From contig OZ251997.1 in the NCBI GenBank assembly GCA_965247095.1, positions 3,776,001 to 3,840,000 of the forward strand: a stretch of 64,000 nt of DNA. The letters run 5' to 3'. Position 1 is the first letter of the stretch. Every line of letters begins with the position of its first letter. The notes under the pieces were generated by a model. That model was not told where the DNA came from. It was given only the letters and a program-made list of their open reading frames with translations, and did no database searches. The position numbers and the translations under genes were made by a program. Below are positions 1-8,542 of the stretch, piece by piece. This stretch comes from Candidatus Multivorans sp. (lineage in GTDB: Bacteria; Acidobacteriota; Thermoanaerobaculia; Multivoradales; Multivoraceae).

Positions 1-32
1 CCGCAGTCAACACGCGCGGCGGGGAGGTAGAG

Positions 33-650
33 ATGAACGCTTTGGCCGATCACAGTGGTGGTTGGAATTTCGACGCTGAGGTGCTGCCCTTCATGGACAG
101 CCTCTACAGCACCGCCTATCGGATGTCCAGGAACCGGCAGGACGCCGAAGACTTGATCCAGGAGACCTATCTTCGGGCGTACAAGTACTACGACAAGTTC
201 CAGGAAGGGACGAACTTCAAGGCTTGGCTGTTCAAGATCCTCAAGAACACGTTCATCAACCGCTACCGCAAGCGCCAGCGGCAGCCACTGAAGAACTCGT
301 TCGACGACATCGAGGGCGCCTTCGAGTGGAAGCTCCTGGACTCGCCGTTGACCGCCCGCGGCACGACGCCGGAAGAAGACCTGCTGGAGGGCGCCCTGGA
401 TCAGGACGTCAAGAGGGCCCTCGAGGCTCTACCTGAGGACTACCGGACGGCCGTCGAACTGGCGGATCTGCAGGGACTGTCCTACCGCGAGATTGCCGAC
501 CGGCTCGAAATCCCCCTTGGAACGGTGATGAGCCGGCTCTACCGGGGGCGGCGAAAGTTGGAGGCGGTCCTGCTGCGCTACGGGCGTGAGCACGGCTACA
601 TCCGTTCCGGCATGCCCCGGAAAATGCGGTCCAGGCAGGATGCGGCCTGA
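33..650 (+). CDS. ECF sigma-70 factor (RpoE/SigH-like)
   Basis: Region 2 motifs DAEDLIQETYLRAY and FKAWLFKILKNTFIN; region 4 motif LSYREIADRLEIPLGTVMSRLYRGR; GGAGG RBS upstream. Confidence 0.93.
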   Translation: MNALADHSGGWNFDAEVLPFMDSLYSTAYRMSRNRQDAEDLIQETYLRAYKYYDKFQEGTNFKAWLFKILKNTFINRYRKRQRQPLKNSFDDIEGAFEWKLLDSPLTARGTTPEEDLLEGALDQDVKRALEALPEDYRTAVELADLQGLSYREIADRLEIPLGTVMSRLYRGRRKLEAVLLRYGREHGYIRSGMPRKMRSRQDAA

Positions 651-767
651 CGACAGCGACGCCCATTCCCGGACTTCCAGGCGCGACAAGTAGCCGGGTC
701 CTGTGCCCGAGTCGCTGTGACGTGGCACAATAGGGGACTCGTCCGTACCTGACGAACCCGCTAACTT

Positions 768-2096
768 ATGCGTTCCAAGCAACTTGCGCGCTGGATTGGC
801 GCTTCGGCGTTGGTCTGTACGGGCGTGTTCTTGGGATGGCGAGGACTGCAGCCGCGCCCGGAGAAGGTGGTTGTCGACATCGGCCACTTCGACGCTGCGA
901 CGGAGTCTGTCGCGGCCCTCGACCTCGATGCCGCGGCCCTGGACCGGGCGCCCTTCCCCCTGGAGAACCACATTCGGAGCGGCGATACCCTGGACCGCGT
1001 GCTGCTGCGAGCGGGCGTTCCCGACTCCGAGCTGTACCAGGCGTCATCGGCGGTAAGCGAAGTGCTCGATCCACGGAGGCTCCGCGCCCGTGACCCGGTG
1101 TTCTCCATGGTCCGCCCAGGCGGTGAGTTGGTGGGCGTCAGCCTGCCGCGCCGGGGCCAGGGCGTAGTCGTCGCTGAGCGAACGGACGGCGTCTGGAGCG
1201 GTCGCTACCGTCCCTACCGGCGGGCCCATGTGCGGCGGTCGGTCAGTGGCGAAGTGCGAGGTGCGCTCGAGAGCTCGATTCGTCGGGCCGGCGGTCCTCC
1301 CAGCCTTGCGAACAGCATGGCCCAAGTGCTGCAGTGGGACCTGGACTTCAACCGCGATCTTCGGGTTGGCGATCGTTTCGAGATCCTCTACGACGAGCTG
1401 CTGCTTGACGGCAAGGTAGAGCGTGTCGCGGCCATTCACGCGCTGCGTTACCGGAACCGGGAACATTGGGTCGAGGCGTACCGCTTCAGCGGTGACGAGG
1501 TCGCCGAAGGCACGGCACCGGAGAACGGCGCAGCGGCGGCGACCGGACCCAACCGCTACTACGATGGCGAGGGGCAGCCGCTGCGACGGCAGTTCCTTCG
1601 CTCCCCCCTTCCATACTCCCGGGTCACATCGCGGTTCTCCATGAATCGCTTCCATCCGATCCTGAAGCGGCGCATGCCCCACTACGGCGTCGACTACGGG
1701 GCGCCGGCCGGAACGGCGGTGCGGGCGACCGCCGACGGCACCGTCGTCTCGGCAGGCACTCGTGACGGCGGCGGCCGGACGGTCCGCCTGCGTCATGCCA
1801 ACGGCTACGTGACGTCCTATCTCCACCTGTCCGGCTATGCGGAAGGAATACGGAGTGGCCGCCGCGTTCAGCAGGGCCAGGTGGTCGGGTACGTCGGTTC
1901 GAGCGGTCTCTCAACCGCTCCCCATCTCGACTACCGGGTGCAGCGCAACGGCCGTTGGATCAACCCCGCCACCCTGGTCAACGAGCCCGTTCCACCGCTG
2001 GCCGACGCTCTGCTGCCGGTCTTCCGTCAGCACCGCGACGCGCTTCGCCGGGAACTCCGCGGCGCGGACCGTTCCGTCGTCAGCGCCGGGCCGTAG
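768..2096 (+). CDS. M23 family peptidoglycan DD-endopeptidase (MepM-like)
   Basis: N-terminal TM/signal; HYGVDYGAP and TAPHLDY zinc motifs; YLHLS; SRFSMNRFHPILK. Confidence 0.92.
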   Translation: MRSKQLARWIGASALVCTGVFLGWRGLQPRPEKVVVDIGHFDAATESVAALDLDAAALDRAPFPLENHIRSGDTLDRVLLRAGVPDSELYQASSAVSEVLDPRRLRARDPVFSMVRPGGELVGVSLPRRGQGVVVAERTDGVWSGRYRPYRRAHVRRSVSGEVRGALESSIRRAGGPPSLANSMAQVLQWDLDFNRDLRVGDRFEILYDELLLDGKVERVAAIHALRYRNREHWVEAYRFSGDEVAEGTAPENGAAAATGPNRYYDGEGQPLRRQFLRSPLPYSRVTSRFSMNRFHPILKRRMPHYGVDYGAPAGTAVRATADGTVVSAGTRDGGGRTVRLRHANGYVTSYLHLSGYAEGIRSGRRVQQGQVVGYVGSSGLSTAPHLDYRVQRNGRWINPATLVNEPVPPLADALLPVFRQHRDALRRELRGADRSVVSAGP

Positions 2097-2127
2097 GCGG
2101 CGCTGCGACAGGCGTCGGCAGGCACCC

Positions 2128-2304
2128 GCCCGTACCGGGGCTCAGGGGGAGGGGTCCCAGCGGCCGCTCGCGCTTGTTCGGACTGTGGGGGTTGTGCGCT
2201 CACTCCACTACGCTCGCTCCGGTTGGTCGTCGGTTGTTGTGAGGGGTCGGGAGTCGCTCGCTTCGAGTCCGCTGGGACCCCTCCCCCTGAGCCCCGGCAC
2301 GGGC
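2128..2304. repeat. 36-bp inverted repeat with 105-bp spacer (MITE-like element or long RNA stem)
   Basis: Arm 2128-2163 matches the reverse complement of 2269-2304 at 35/36 positions; lies between convergent genes. Confidence 0.85.
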
Positions 2305-2443
2305 TGGACGGCGTCGGGCTGGGGCCTAGGCTGCGTTGGGAACGGAGCTGGCTGCTGAACGGAGCTTCGTAGACCGCGTCTTTTCGAGAAGAACGGGTCC
2401 CCGGGGACCTTTCCCGGCCCGGTGACCTATGGCCGCGATGGTT

Positions 2444-3907
2444 CTACTCGAGGGAGCGGGCGCGTTCGCGGAGGATCGAGTAGGCCTCGGAGCGGGAGAG
2501 GTCGTCGCCGATCTGGAGGCTGAAGGACTCGCTCCAGGCATCGTCCGCGGACGCGCCGGTGACGGTCTCCACGTAGGTCATCGAGGTTTCGCCTTCCCAG
2601 ACGACCACGGCGCCGGTGCCACTGGGTGAGACGAAGATCTTTGGCAGTCCTTCTCCGATCGTGCCTTCTCCGATCGTGGGTGCCGCGCGCTCCGACTTCA
2701 CCTGCAGGCGGGCAAGGTGCTGAACGTATCCGTCGCCCACCGGTTGGGCCGCTGCGAGGAGAACGTGGGTGTCTGCGGCCGTGGTGTCTTCAAGGAGGTC
2801 ACCTTCTTGAGATCGGGCGCCAACAACCACGATGTGGACGCGAGCCGCACTCGACACGCTCGTCAGTCCGCCGTCAGCACACAAGTCAGTCGCGCGCCGG
2901 ATCAACACGTCTTTGACGTCTTGGGCTAGCGCGCCAAGGACCCGGCTCCGAATCCGGCGACCGACGACGACGATGTGAACCCGTGCCGCCTCGGCGACTG
3001 TCGTGAGCGCATTCTCCTCCTCGTTCTCGATCTTCTCGCACAGGTTGCTGGAGCTCAGGTGATCCTCCAGACTGTCGGCGAGTTCGGCAAGCTCGACTGC
3101 CGGAGTAGAGAGTTCCAACTGGACGAGGGCTCCGCTGGCGCTGTCGGCGAAACCGATGACCACTGCGTTGGACTCGGACGCCGTGTCGACGGTCGGCGCC
3201 TTGAGCAGGCTCGCCGACACGTCGCCGTCGAACGGATCGTCGATCAGCTCCTGGGACACGTAGTCGTTCAGCCGGTGAACGCGGCGCCATGTGGAGGCGA
3301 GTTCGCCGTCGATCAGCACGACGGGCGCGTACATGGCTCTCTCGCCGTCCGTGGTGTCTTCCGACCAGACGACGTGGAGTACGGTCCGCGTGCTCGACCC
3401 GCCGGAACTTCCTTCCGCGAGTTCGAAGCGGTCGTGCGTGACGGCGAGGCGCGGTGCCGACTTGTTGCTGTAGATGTTGCCGGAGACTTCGATGGTGTCG
3501 GACCACTCGCTGCCGTCGAAGGAGGCCAGGTTGATGCGGGTCAGGGTCGAGTCGTTGTTGCTCGACCAGACGACGTAGAGCTGGCCGGTGGAGGCGTCGA
3601 AGGACAGCGACGGCGTCTTGTCGCTGTCGTCCGGCTCGCTGCCGGGCACCAGATGGTGCTCAACCGTTCCCGAACCCCGACGGGCCTCGAGGCGGAGGAC
3701 TTCGGCGTCCGCCGACGCTTCGGTGCCGTCCGGGAAGAGCTCGCTGTAGGTTCCTACGGTGACCTTGTAGATGTCGCCGCTCTTGCCCAGAACAGGAGCG
3801 CTGTCTTCGGCTTGGGTCGCGCCGCCGGCTAGCAAGGCCAGCAGCGCCAACGCTCCGTAGCGGAACGGCGTTTCCTTGAGGCTGATGCGGATGCCCTTCC
3901 TCATCAC
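2444..3907 (-). CDS. Secreted hypothetical protein with two ARVHIVVVG repeats
   Basis: 487-aa ORF with signal peptide (YGALALLALLAGGATQA); beta-rich segments; motif at 2960-2986 and 2819-2845; start overlaps stop of upstream TPR gene. Confidence 0.85.
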   Translation of the reverse strand: MMRKGIRISLKETPFRYGALALLALLAGGATQAEDSAPVLGKSGDIYKVTVGTYSELFPDGTEASADAEVLRLEARRGSGTVEHHLVPGSEPDDSDKTPSLSFDASTGQLYVVWSSNNDSTLTRINLASFDGSEWSDTIEVSGNIYSNKSAPRLAVTHDRFELAEGSSGGSSTRTVLHVVWSEDTTDGERAMYAPVVLIDGELASTWRRVHRLNDYVSQELIDDPFDGDVSASLLKAPTVDTASESNAVVIGFADSASGALVQLELSTPAVELAELADSLEDHLSSSNLCEKIENEEENALTTVAEAARVHIVVVGRRIRSRVLGALAQDVKDVLIRRATDLCADGGLTSVSSAARVHIVVVGARSQEGDLLEDTTAADTHVLLAAAQPVGDGYVQHLARLQVKSERAAPTIGEGTIGEGLPKIFVSPSGTGAVVVWEGETSMTYVETVTGASADDAWSESFSLQIGDDLSRSEAYSILRERARSLE

Positions 3908-4914
3908 GCCCTCAGATTCACCACTTGGCGGAGATCAAGCGACATCAGCACGTCCGTCAAGCCGGCCTGGTCGGGATAGAAGCGGCGCCCGAGTTCGCCG
4001 AAGTACTGGCGCGCCGTTTCCGAATCGCCTTCCATGAGGGCCACATGGCCGAGTAGATAGAGGCTGTTCTTGATCGCCGCGGAATCGTCGTACTGCTTGG
4101 CCAACGCGAGTGCGCGCTGTCCGTGTCGCCTCGCGGTCGCCGGCTTGAGCAGCTCAAGGTGGGCAAAGCACAGGTCGAGATGCGGCAGCATGCTGTACTG
4201 GACCGCGCCTTCCCGCCGGAACGTGCGGATGCTCCGGTAGATGAGGCGAAGACCCTCCCGCATTCTGCCCCGGCGGAGACCCTTTGACCGGAGAGCCCCG
4301 ACGAGGAGGCAGTAGCCCAGGTTCGTTTCGGCGCCAGCTATCCACGTGGGAGGTGCATTCCCCGCCTGGCGGAGAGCCGTCCGGTACTCGGCGGCTGCGT
4401 CAGCTTCGTGGCCATCCGCGATCAGGAGGTTGCCCAGGAGGTTGTGCGATAGCCCGGTCAGACCGGGGCGGTGGACATGTGCGGAATGGTGGTGCGACAG
4501 CCGCGCATAGAACAGCGCCTTCCTGATCTGCCCTTCCAACTCGTGCGCGCGTGCCAATGTATAGGAGGCCAGCCAGCAGTTGTGGTCGGCCGCGCTGCCG
4601 AGCAGGATTCTCCGGAGCTCCGGCATGGCTTCGGCCCCGTTGCCGAGTTCGGTTTCCGCAGCGCCCCAGCCGCAGAGGGCCTCGTCGGCTCGGTCGGCTT
4701 CGCCTGCGGCCGTGGCGACCTGGGCAGCTTGCCGATAGACGGCGGCGGCTTCCCGGTACGACCCCTTGGCGACGAGTTCCCGCCCGCGGTCACGGAGCGT
4801 CTTGAAGTCCTCGGTCACCGCGACCGCGCACGGCTCCACCTCGGGCGCGGGAACGCGCTCCGGGATGAACGCCGGCTCAGGCGACGAGTGTGTGTAAAGG
4901 GCGGTGGAGGTCAC
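3904..4914 (-). CDS. Tetratricopeptide-repeat-like helical protein
   Basis: Repeated TPR-like helices (YTLARAHELEGQIRKALFY, HNLLGNLLIADG, ETNLGYCLL, LYLLGHVALMEGDSETARQYF); no signal peptide or HTH seen. Confidence 0.8.
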   Translation of the reverse strand: MTSTALYTHSSPEPAFIPERVPAPEVEPCAVAVTEDFKTLRDRGRELVAKGSYREAAAVYRQAAQVATAAGEADRADEALCGWGAAETELGNGAEAMPELRRILLGSAADHNCWLASYTLARAHELEGQIRKALFYARLSHHHSAHVHRPGLTGLSHNLLGNLLIADGHEADAAAEYRTALRQAGNAPPTWIAGAETNLGYCLLVGALRSKGLRRGRMREGLRLIYRSIRTFRREGAVQYSMLPHLDLCFAHLELLKPATARRHGQRALALAKQYDDSAAIKNSLYLLGHVALMEGDSETARQYFGELGRRFYPDQAGLTDVLMSLDLRQVVNLRA

Positions 4915-4924
4915 TGGTGACCCG

Positions 4925-4930
4925 ATTCTA
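4925..4930 (-). promoter_or_regulatory. Putative -10 box (TAGAAT) for the TPR gene
   Basis: TAGAAT on the minus strand 10 nt upstream of the GTG start; no obvious RBS. Confidence 0.45.
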
Positions 4931-5248
4931 CGTCATAGCGACTGAAACATGGTAGGCGGCTGGAACTGGCGTTGGTCGGCGACCTGCTCCAAGGCCGCCA
5001 CTGCCGACTATACCCACATAGGTGCCGCGTGCGCCCCAGCGCTACGCGGTGCTTCCCGATTTCTCTTGTGCGGCTGGCCTTCGTAGCCGCGGCGGCCGTT
5101 CCCCAGGCTCGCCCAAGAACAAGAGCGCCGTCCCTGAGTTGAACAGGAACGGCGCCCAAGTGGATTCGTCGCGGGAGCGTGCTGGCGGCTGGTCGCTCAC
5201 TAGTCGTTCAGACCGCTGCCAGCCTCGCGCCCGCGATCCCAGGTTTCT

Positions 5249-5578
5249 TCAGAGCGCCAGGCGAAACGCGGCAGCTACGGCGGATACCATCTTGGCCGAG
5301 ATTCGCGGAGCCAAACGGCTGACCGCCTGCTGCACGATCCCGCCATCCGGTTGCCGCGCGGCGGTTCCGGAATCCCGGGCGCCTTCACGTCCAAAGATGA
5401 CGATGTGGGCCCTTGCGCAAGTGCACGGCGGTCCGTCTCCCGTGGCGCCAAAGACGACGATGTGGACGCGCGCGTTGGTGCTACCCGCGTCCTGGCCGTC
5501 GCCGCCTTGAGCGAAAGCTCCGGCCGGGACTGTCGCGAGGATCAGCGACAGGGCAATGACGATGTGCTTGAGCTTCAA
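5249..5578 (-). CDS. Small secreted protein (about 109 aa) with two AR[VA]HIV[VI]FG repeats
   Basis: TTG start 6 nt after AGGGGG RBS; signal peptide MKLKHIVIALSLILATVPAGAFA-Q; motifs at 5447-5473 and 5390-5416. Confidence 0.78.
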   Translation of the reverse strand: MKLKHIVIALSLILATVPAGAFAQGGDGQDAGSTNARVHIVVFGATGDGPPCTCARAHIVIFGREGARDSGTAARQPDGGIVQQAVSRLAPRISAKMVSAVAAAFRLAL

Positions 5579-5700
5579 ATTGAACCCCCTTGTTGATCCG
5601 GCGGACGCGGCAGCGCCGGAACCGAGTGAATCTGCCCATCCGGGATACCTCAAGACGAATCGGGTTCCCGTCTGGTTGCCACGAACCTTGGTTGGCGGGG

Positions 5701-5738
5701 ACTGTAATCCAGGGCTGTTGAAAAATCAACATCCCTGG
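5701..5738 (-). promoter_or_regulatory. Putative sigma70 promoter with overlapping palindrome
   Basis: Minus-strand TTGATT (5724-5729), 17 nt, TACAGT (5701-5706); inverted repeat CCAGGGcTGTTGA-aaaa-TCAACAtCCCTGG at 5709-5738. Confidence 0.55.
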
Positions 5739-5794
5739 GCCGAGCGGCTGCTTGTGCTCACGGAGTCCGCGGCCTCAGCCTCTGGACCGCGGGT

Positions 5795-6418
5795 TCAGGT
5801 GAAGGCGCGGGGTTTGAAGTCCGGCTCGTTGACGATGCTGGCGCTGTTGCCGGTGGCGCGGATGACGAACAGCCCCTGGCGCTCCGCGTGCCTCGTGACC
5901 GAACTGTCGGTCTTGAGGTATGCCACTGCTCCGTAGATCGGCCGTTCCCGGTACGTCGGGAACCAGTCCGTGAACCAGGCCAGCTTGCTCAGGAAGTCGG
6001 TCACGTCCTCCGGCCTGAGAGTCGTCTTGACCTCTACGACGACCACCTCCGCGCCGTTCGCGGCTACGATGTCGAACTCGGTGTGTTCTCCGTTGCGGCG
6101 ACCCGTGAGTCTCTGGGAAGTCTCGTCCACTGCAATGCCCCGCTCCCTCAGCAGCGAGACGAGGTCGCCTTCGACCAGGCTCTCCATCAGCTTGCCCCAT
6201 TGGGACGTGAACAACTCCTCGGCTTTCCTGAGCCGCCGGTCGGTCTCCTTCATCTGTTCCCTGATTTCTGCGGTCTGTCTGGCCGTTTCTGCGGTCTGTC
6301 TGGTCGCACGCGCTTCGTTCTGCGCCATCAGTTCGGACGTGCGGTCCAGGACGGTCAGGATCTGCTCCAGAGTGCGGGGAGCCTTGGGATCGTCTTCGTG
6401 TGCGTTCGTGCCGGTCAT
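5795..6418 (-). CDS. Coiled-coil plus PD-(D/E)XK nuclease-like protein (DUF3782-like)
   Basis: Heptads RQTAETA-RQTAEIR-EQMKETD, then FTSQWGKLMESLVEG and EFDIVAANG...VVEVKT; start chosen at ATG 6418 (ORF open to 6553). Confidence 0.75.
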   Translation of the reverse strand: MTGTNAHEDDPKAPRTLEQILTVLDRTSELMAQNEARATRQTAETARQTAEIREQMKETDRRLRKAEELFTSQWGKLMESLVEGDLVSLLRERGIAVDETSQRLTGRRNGEHTEFDIVAANGAEVVVVEVKTTLRPEDVTDFLSKLAWFTDWFPTYRERPIYGAVAYLKTDSSVTRHAERQGLFVIRATGNSASIVNEPDFKPRAFT

Positions 6419-6601
6419 CTTCTTTGTTTGCTCCGTGGCAACCCTGCGTTGCGCAGGGGCGGGTCGTTGGGTGTAGCGGGCCCGAACCGCGGCGCCGGCC
6501 GCCATCCGCATGTCCGGACAGTGAGGAGGATACTCCCAACTCGGCATTGGCACCGTCTTGTCCCATGAGAGATGAGTCTGAAGCTGGGGCGGGTTAGACC
6601 C

Positions 6602-8533
6602 CTACACGTCCAGGCCGACCTGGCGCATCAGGTCGAGTGCGTTGCTGCGGGTGACGGTGCCCTCGCGCAGGCGGTAGTCGAACTGGATCTCGCCGTTCGA
6701 CAGGTCGTCCCTGAAGTGGACGTTTCGCAGTGAGGGCCCTGCCGAGTCGTCGGCGATTCGGGCGAGGGCGAGGTCGTGGGTGGTCACCAATCCGATCGCG
6801 CCGCGGTGGAGGAGGCCGCGGACCAGGGCTTCGGCGCCAACCCTCCTGTCGTGGGAGTTCGTGCCGTGGAGGATCTCGTCGAGCAGGAACAGCACCGGCG
6901 TCGCCTGGTCGGTCAGGTCGAGCACGGACTTGAGCTTCGTGATCTCGGCGTAGAACCGGGACTGGCCTTCGGCGAGGGAGTCCCGGAGCTGGATGGAAGA
7001 TCCGATGGCCAGTGGTGTCAGCCGCAGAGATCGGGCGCGCACCGGCGCGCCGGCCTGTGCGAGGACGACGTTCGTTCCGACGGTTCTGAGCAGCGTGCTC
7101 TTGCCGGACATGTTCGAGCCGCTCACGATCAGGCACTGGGCTGGCGGGCCGGTCTGGCCGCCGTCCTCGGGCGGGCGGGCAAGGTGGACGTCGTTCGCCA
7201 CGCAGTTCTCCTCGGGCAGCAGCGGATGCCCGAGCTCTTCGCCGACGAGCAGCGGGCACCGCTTCCCGGCCGGCTCGACGAGGGTGGGAAACGTGTGGTT
7301 CGGATGTTCGAACGCGTGGGAGGCAAGACTGGCCAGGGCTTCGACCTCAGCCAGTACCCGGAGCCAGGTGGCGACCCGGTCGCCGTGGCGGCGACGCCAT
7401 GAGTCGATCGAGTAGGCGAGTTGGGGCGTCCAGAGCAGCAGCAGGCCGAAGGGAACGAAGAGGGCGTTCCGCATCGAGTCGAGCAGGTCGACCAGACGCT
7501 GGAGTTGCCTGGCGTTCCGGGAGGCGGTGGATCCTTCGACACTCCGCAGCTCCCGCGTCAGCTCGACCAGACGATCGCTCTCAAACGGCTCGCGCTCGAT
7601 GACCTCGAGCAGAGACGCAAACAGGTTGAGGTCACGGCTCGCCCGCGTCACGCCGCCTGTGGCCGCCTTGATGTGGCGGCGCGTGGCGAGATTCCAGAGG
7701 ATTTGCAGCATCGCCACGGCCAGGAACGGCGACGGCCCCCAGTCCCAGATCATCCAGCCGGTCACGGTAAGGAGGTTGGTGGCCGCGACCAACACCAGCA
7801 CGGTGCGTACGAGGAACTCGCGGCCGCCGGCGCCGGGGAGGGCGGAGCTCACGCCTCCCTTGGCCCAGGCGCGCAGAGCTTCAGGATCGATGTCCGTGCG
7901 CGCGACTCGGCCAGACACGGCGAGACGCTCGCGGAAGTCGAGACGGGGCGCCAGTTCGCGCACGGCCTCCTGCCGGCCGCGCACGACATCGGGCGGCGCG
8001 GGCTGGAGCAGCCACGACGCCAGGAGTTCGTCGCCGCCGCGGGTGCGCGCCCGGCTCAACAGCTTGAACAGGGAATCGGGCCCGAACAGGTCGAGGTCCG
8101 CGGCGTAGACGTGGTCGGCGTGTTCGTCGGCAAAGCGCGATCCTGGCCGTCCGCCGGCGCGCCAGTCGCCGCCCAGGCGGTCGAGCATCTGGCGGTAGAA
8201 GGCTTGCGCCCGCTCCAGCCGGTTGGCCTGCTGCAGGACCCGCTCGTGAAGGACTAGGAGGACCAGAAAGAGGAGTGTCGGCCCCGCCGCCCACACCAGG
8301 GGAAAGAGCTTCGCCTGGACGGACAGCCAGACCAGTACGGCTGCTACAAGAACGGTGGCCAGCCGCGACCAGGAGATGGCCTTCTCGATGCGCCGCGTTC
8401 GCCGCAGGTTCGCCTCGCGGTGCTCGGCTCGGCGTGCCATCCGTGCGCCCGTGGACGAGCGCACGGACTGGTTCGCGTCTTGCTCGTTCCCTCGCAAGCC
8501 GGGTTCGCAGGTCGGACGCGGGCTATCCACCAC
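6602..8533 (-). CDS. Membrane-anchored MutS-family (domain V) ATPase
   Basis: SGSNMSGKSTLLR Walker A; LLDEILHGTNS; VTTHDL; N-terminal TM helices; start may be ATG 8440. Confidence 0.88.
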   Translation of the reverse strand: MVDSPRPTCEPGLRGNEQDANQSVRSSTGARMARRAEHREANLRRTRRIEKAISWSRLATVLVAAVLVWLSVQAKLFPLVWAAGPTLLFLVLLVLHERVLQQANRLERAQAFYRQMLDRLGGDWRAGGRPGSRFADEHADHVYAADLDLFGPDSLFKLLSRARTRGGDELLASWLLQPAPPDVVRGRQEAVRELAPRLDFRERLAVSGRVARTDIDPEALRAWAKGGVSSALPGAGGREFLVRTVLVLVAATNLLTVTGWMIWDWGPSPFLAVAMLQILWNLATRRHIKAATGGVTRASRDLNLFASLLEVIEREPFESDRLVELTRELRSVEGSTASRNARQLQRLVDLLDSMRNALFVPFGLLLLWTPQLAYSIDSWRRRHGDRVATWLRVLAEVEALASLASHAFEHPNHTFPTLVEPAGKRCPLLVGEELGHPLLPEENCVANDVHLARPPEDGGQTGPPAQCLIVSGSNMSGKSTLLRTVGTNVVLAQAGAPVRARSLRLTPLAIGSSIQLRDSLAEGQSRFYAEITKLKSVLDLTDQATPVLFLLDEILHGTNSHDRRVGAEALVRGLLHRGAIGLVTTHDLALARIADDSAGPSLRNVHFRDDLSNGEIQFDYRLREGTVTRSNALDLMRQVGLDV

Positions 8534-8542
8534 GAATGCGGG

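Noticed and set aside
4911-5248. Small ORFs between the peptide gene and the TPR gene (e.g. 4911-5159 minus)
   Set aside because: No clear RBS, no motif copy and no protein-like features; treated as intergenic
2444-5578. Motif locus as a complete RiPP biosynthetic cluster
   Set aside because: No modifying enzyme, dedicated protease or exporter is adjacent; retained only as one hypothesis
6602-8533. Canonical mismatch-repair MutS
   Set aside because: Lacks mismatch-binding domains and has TM helices; belongs to the short membrane-associated MutS-like group
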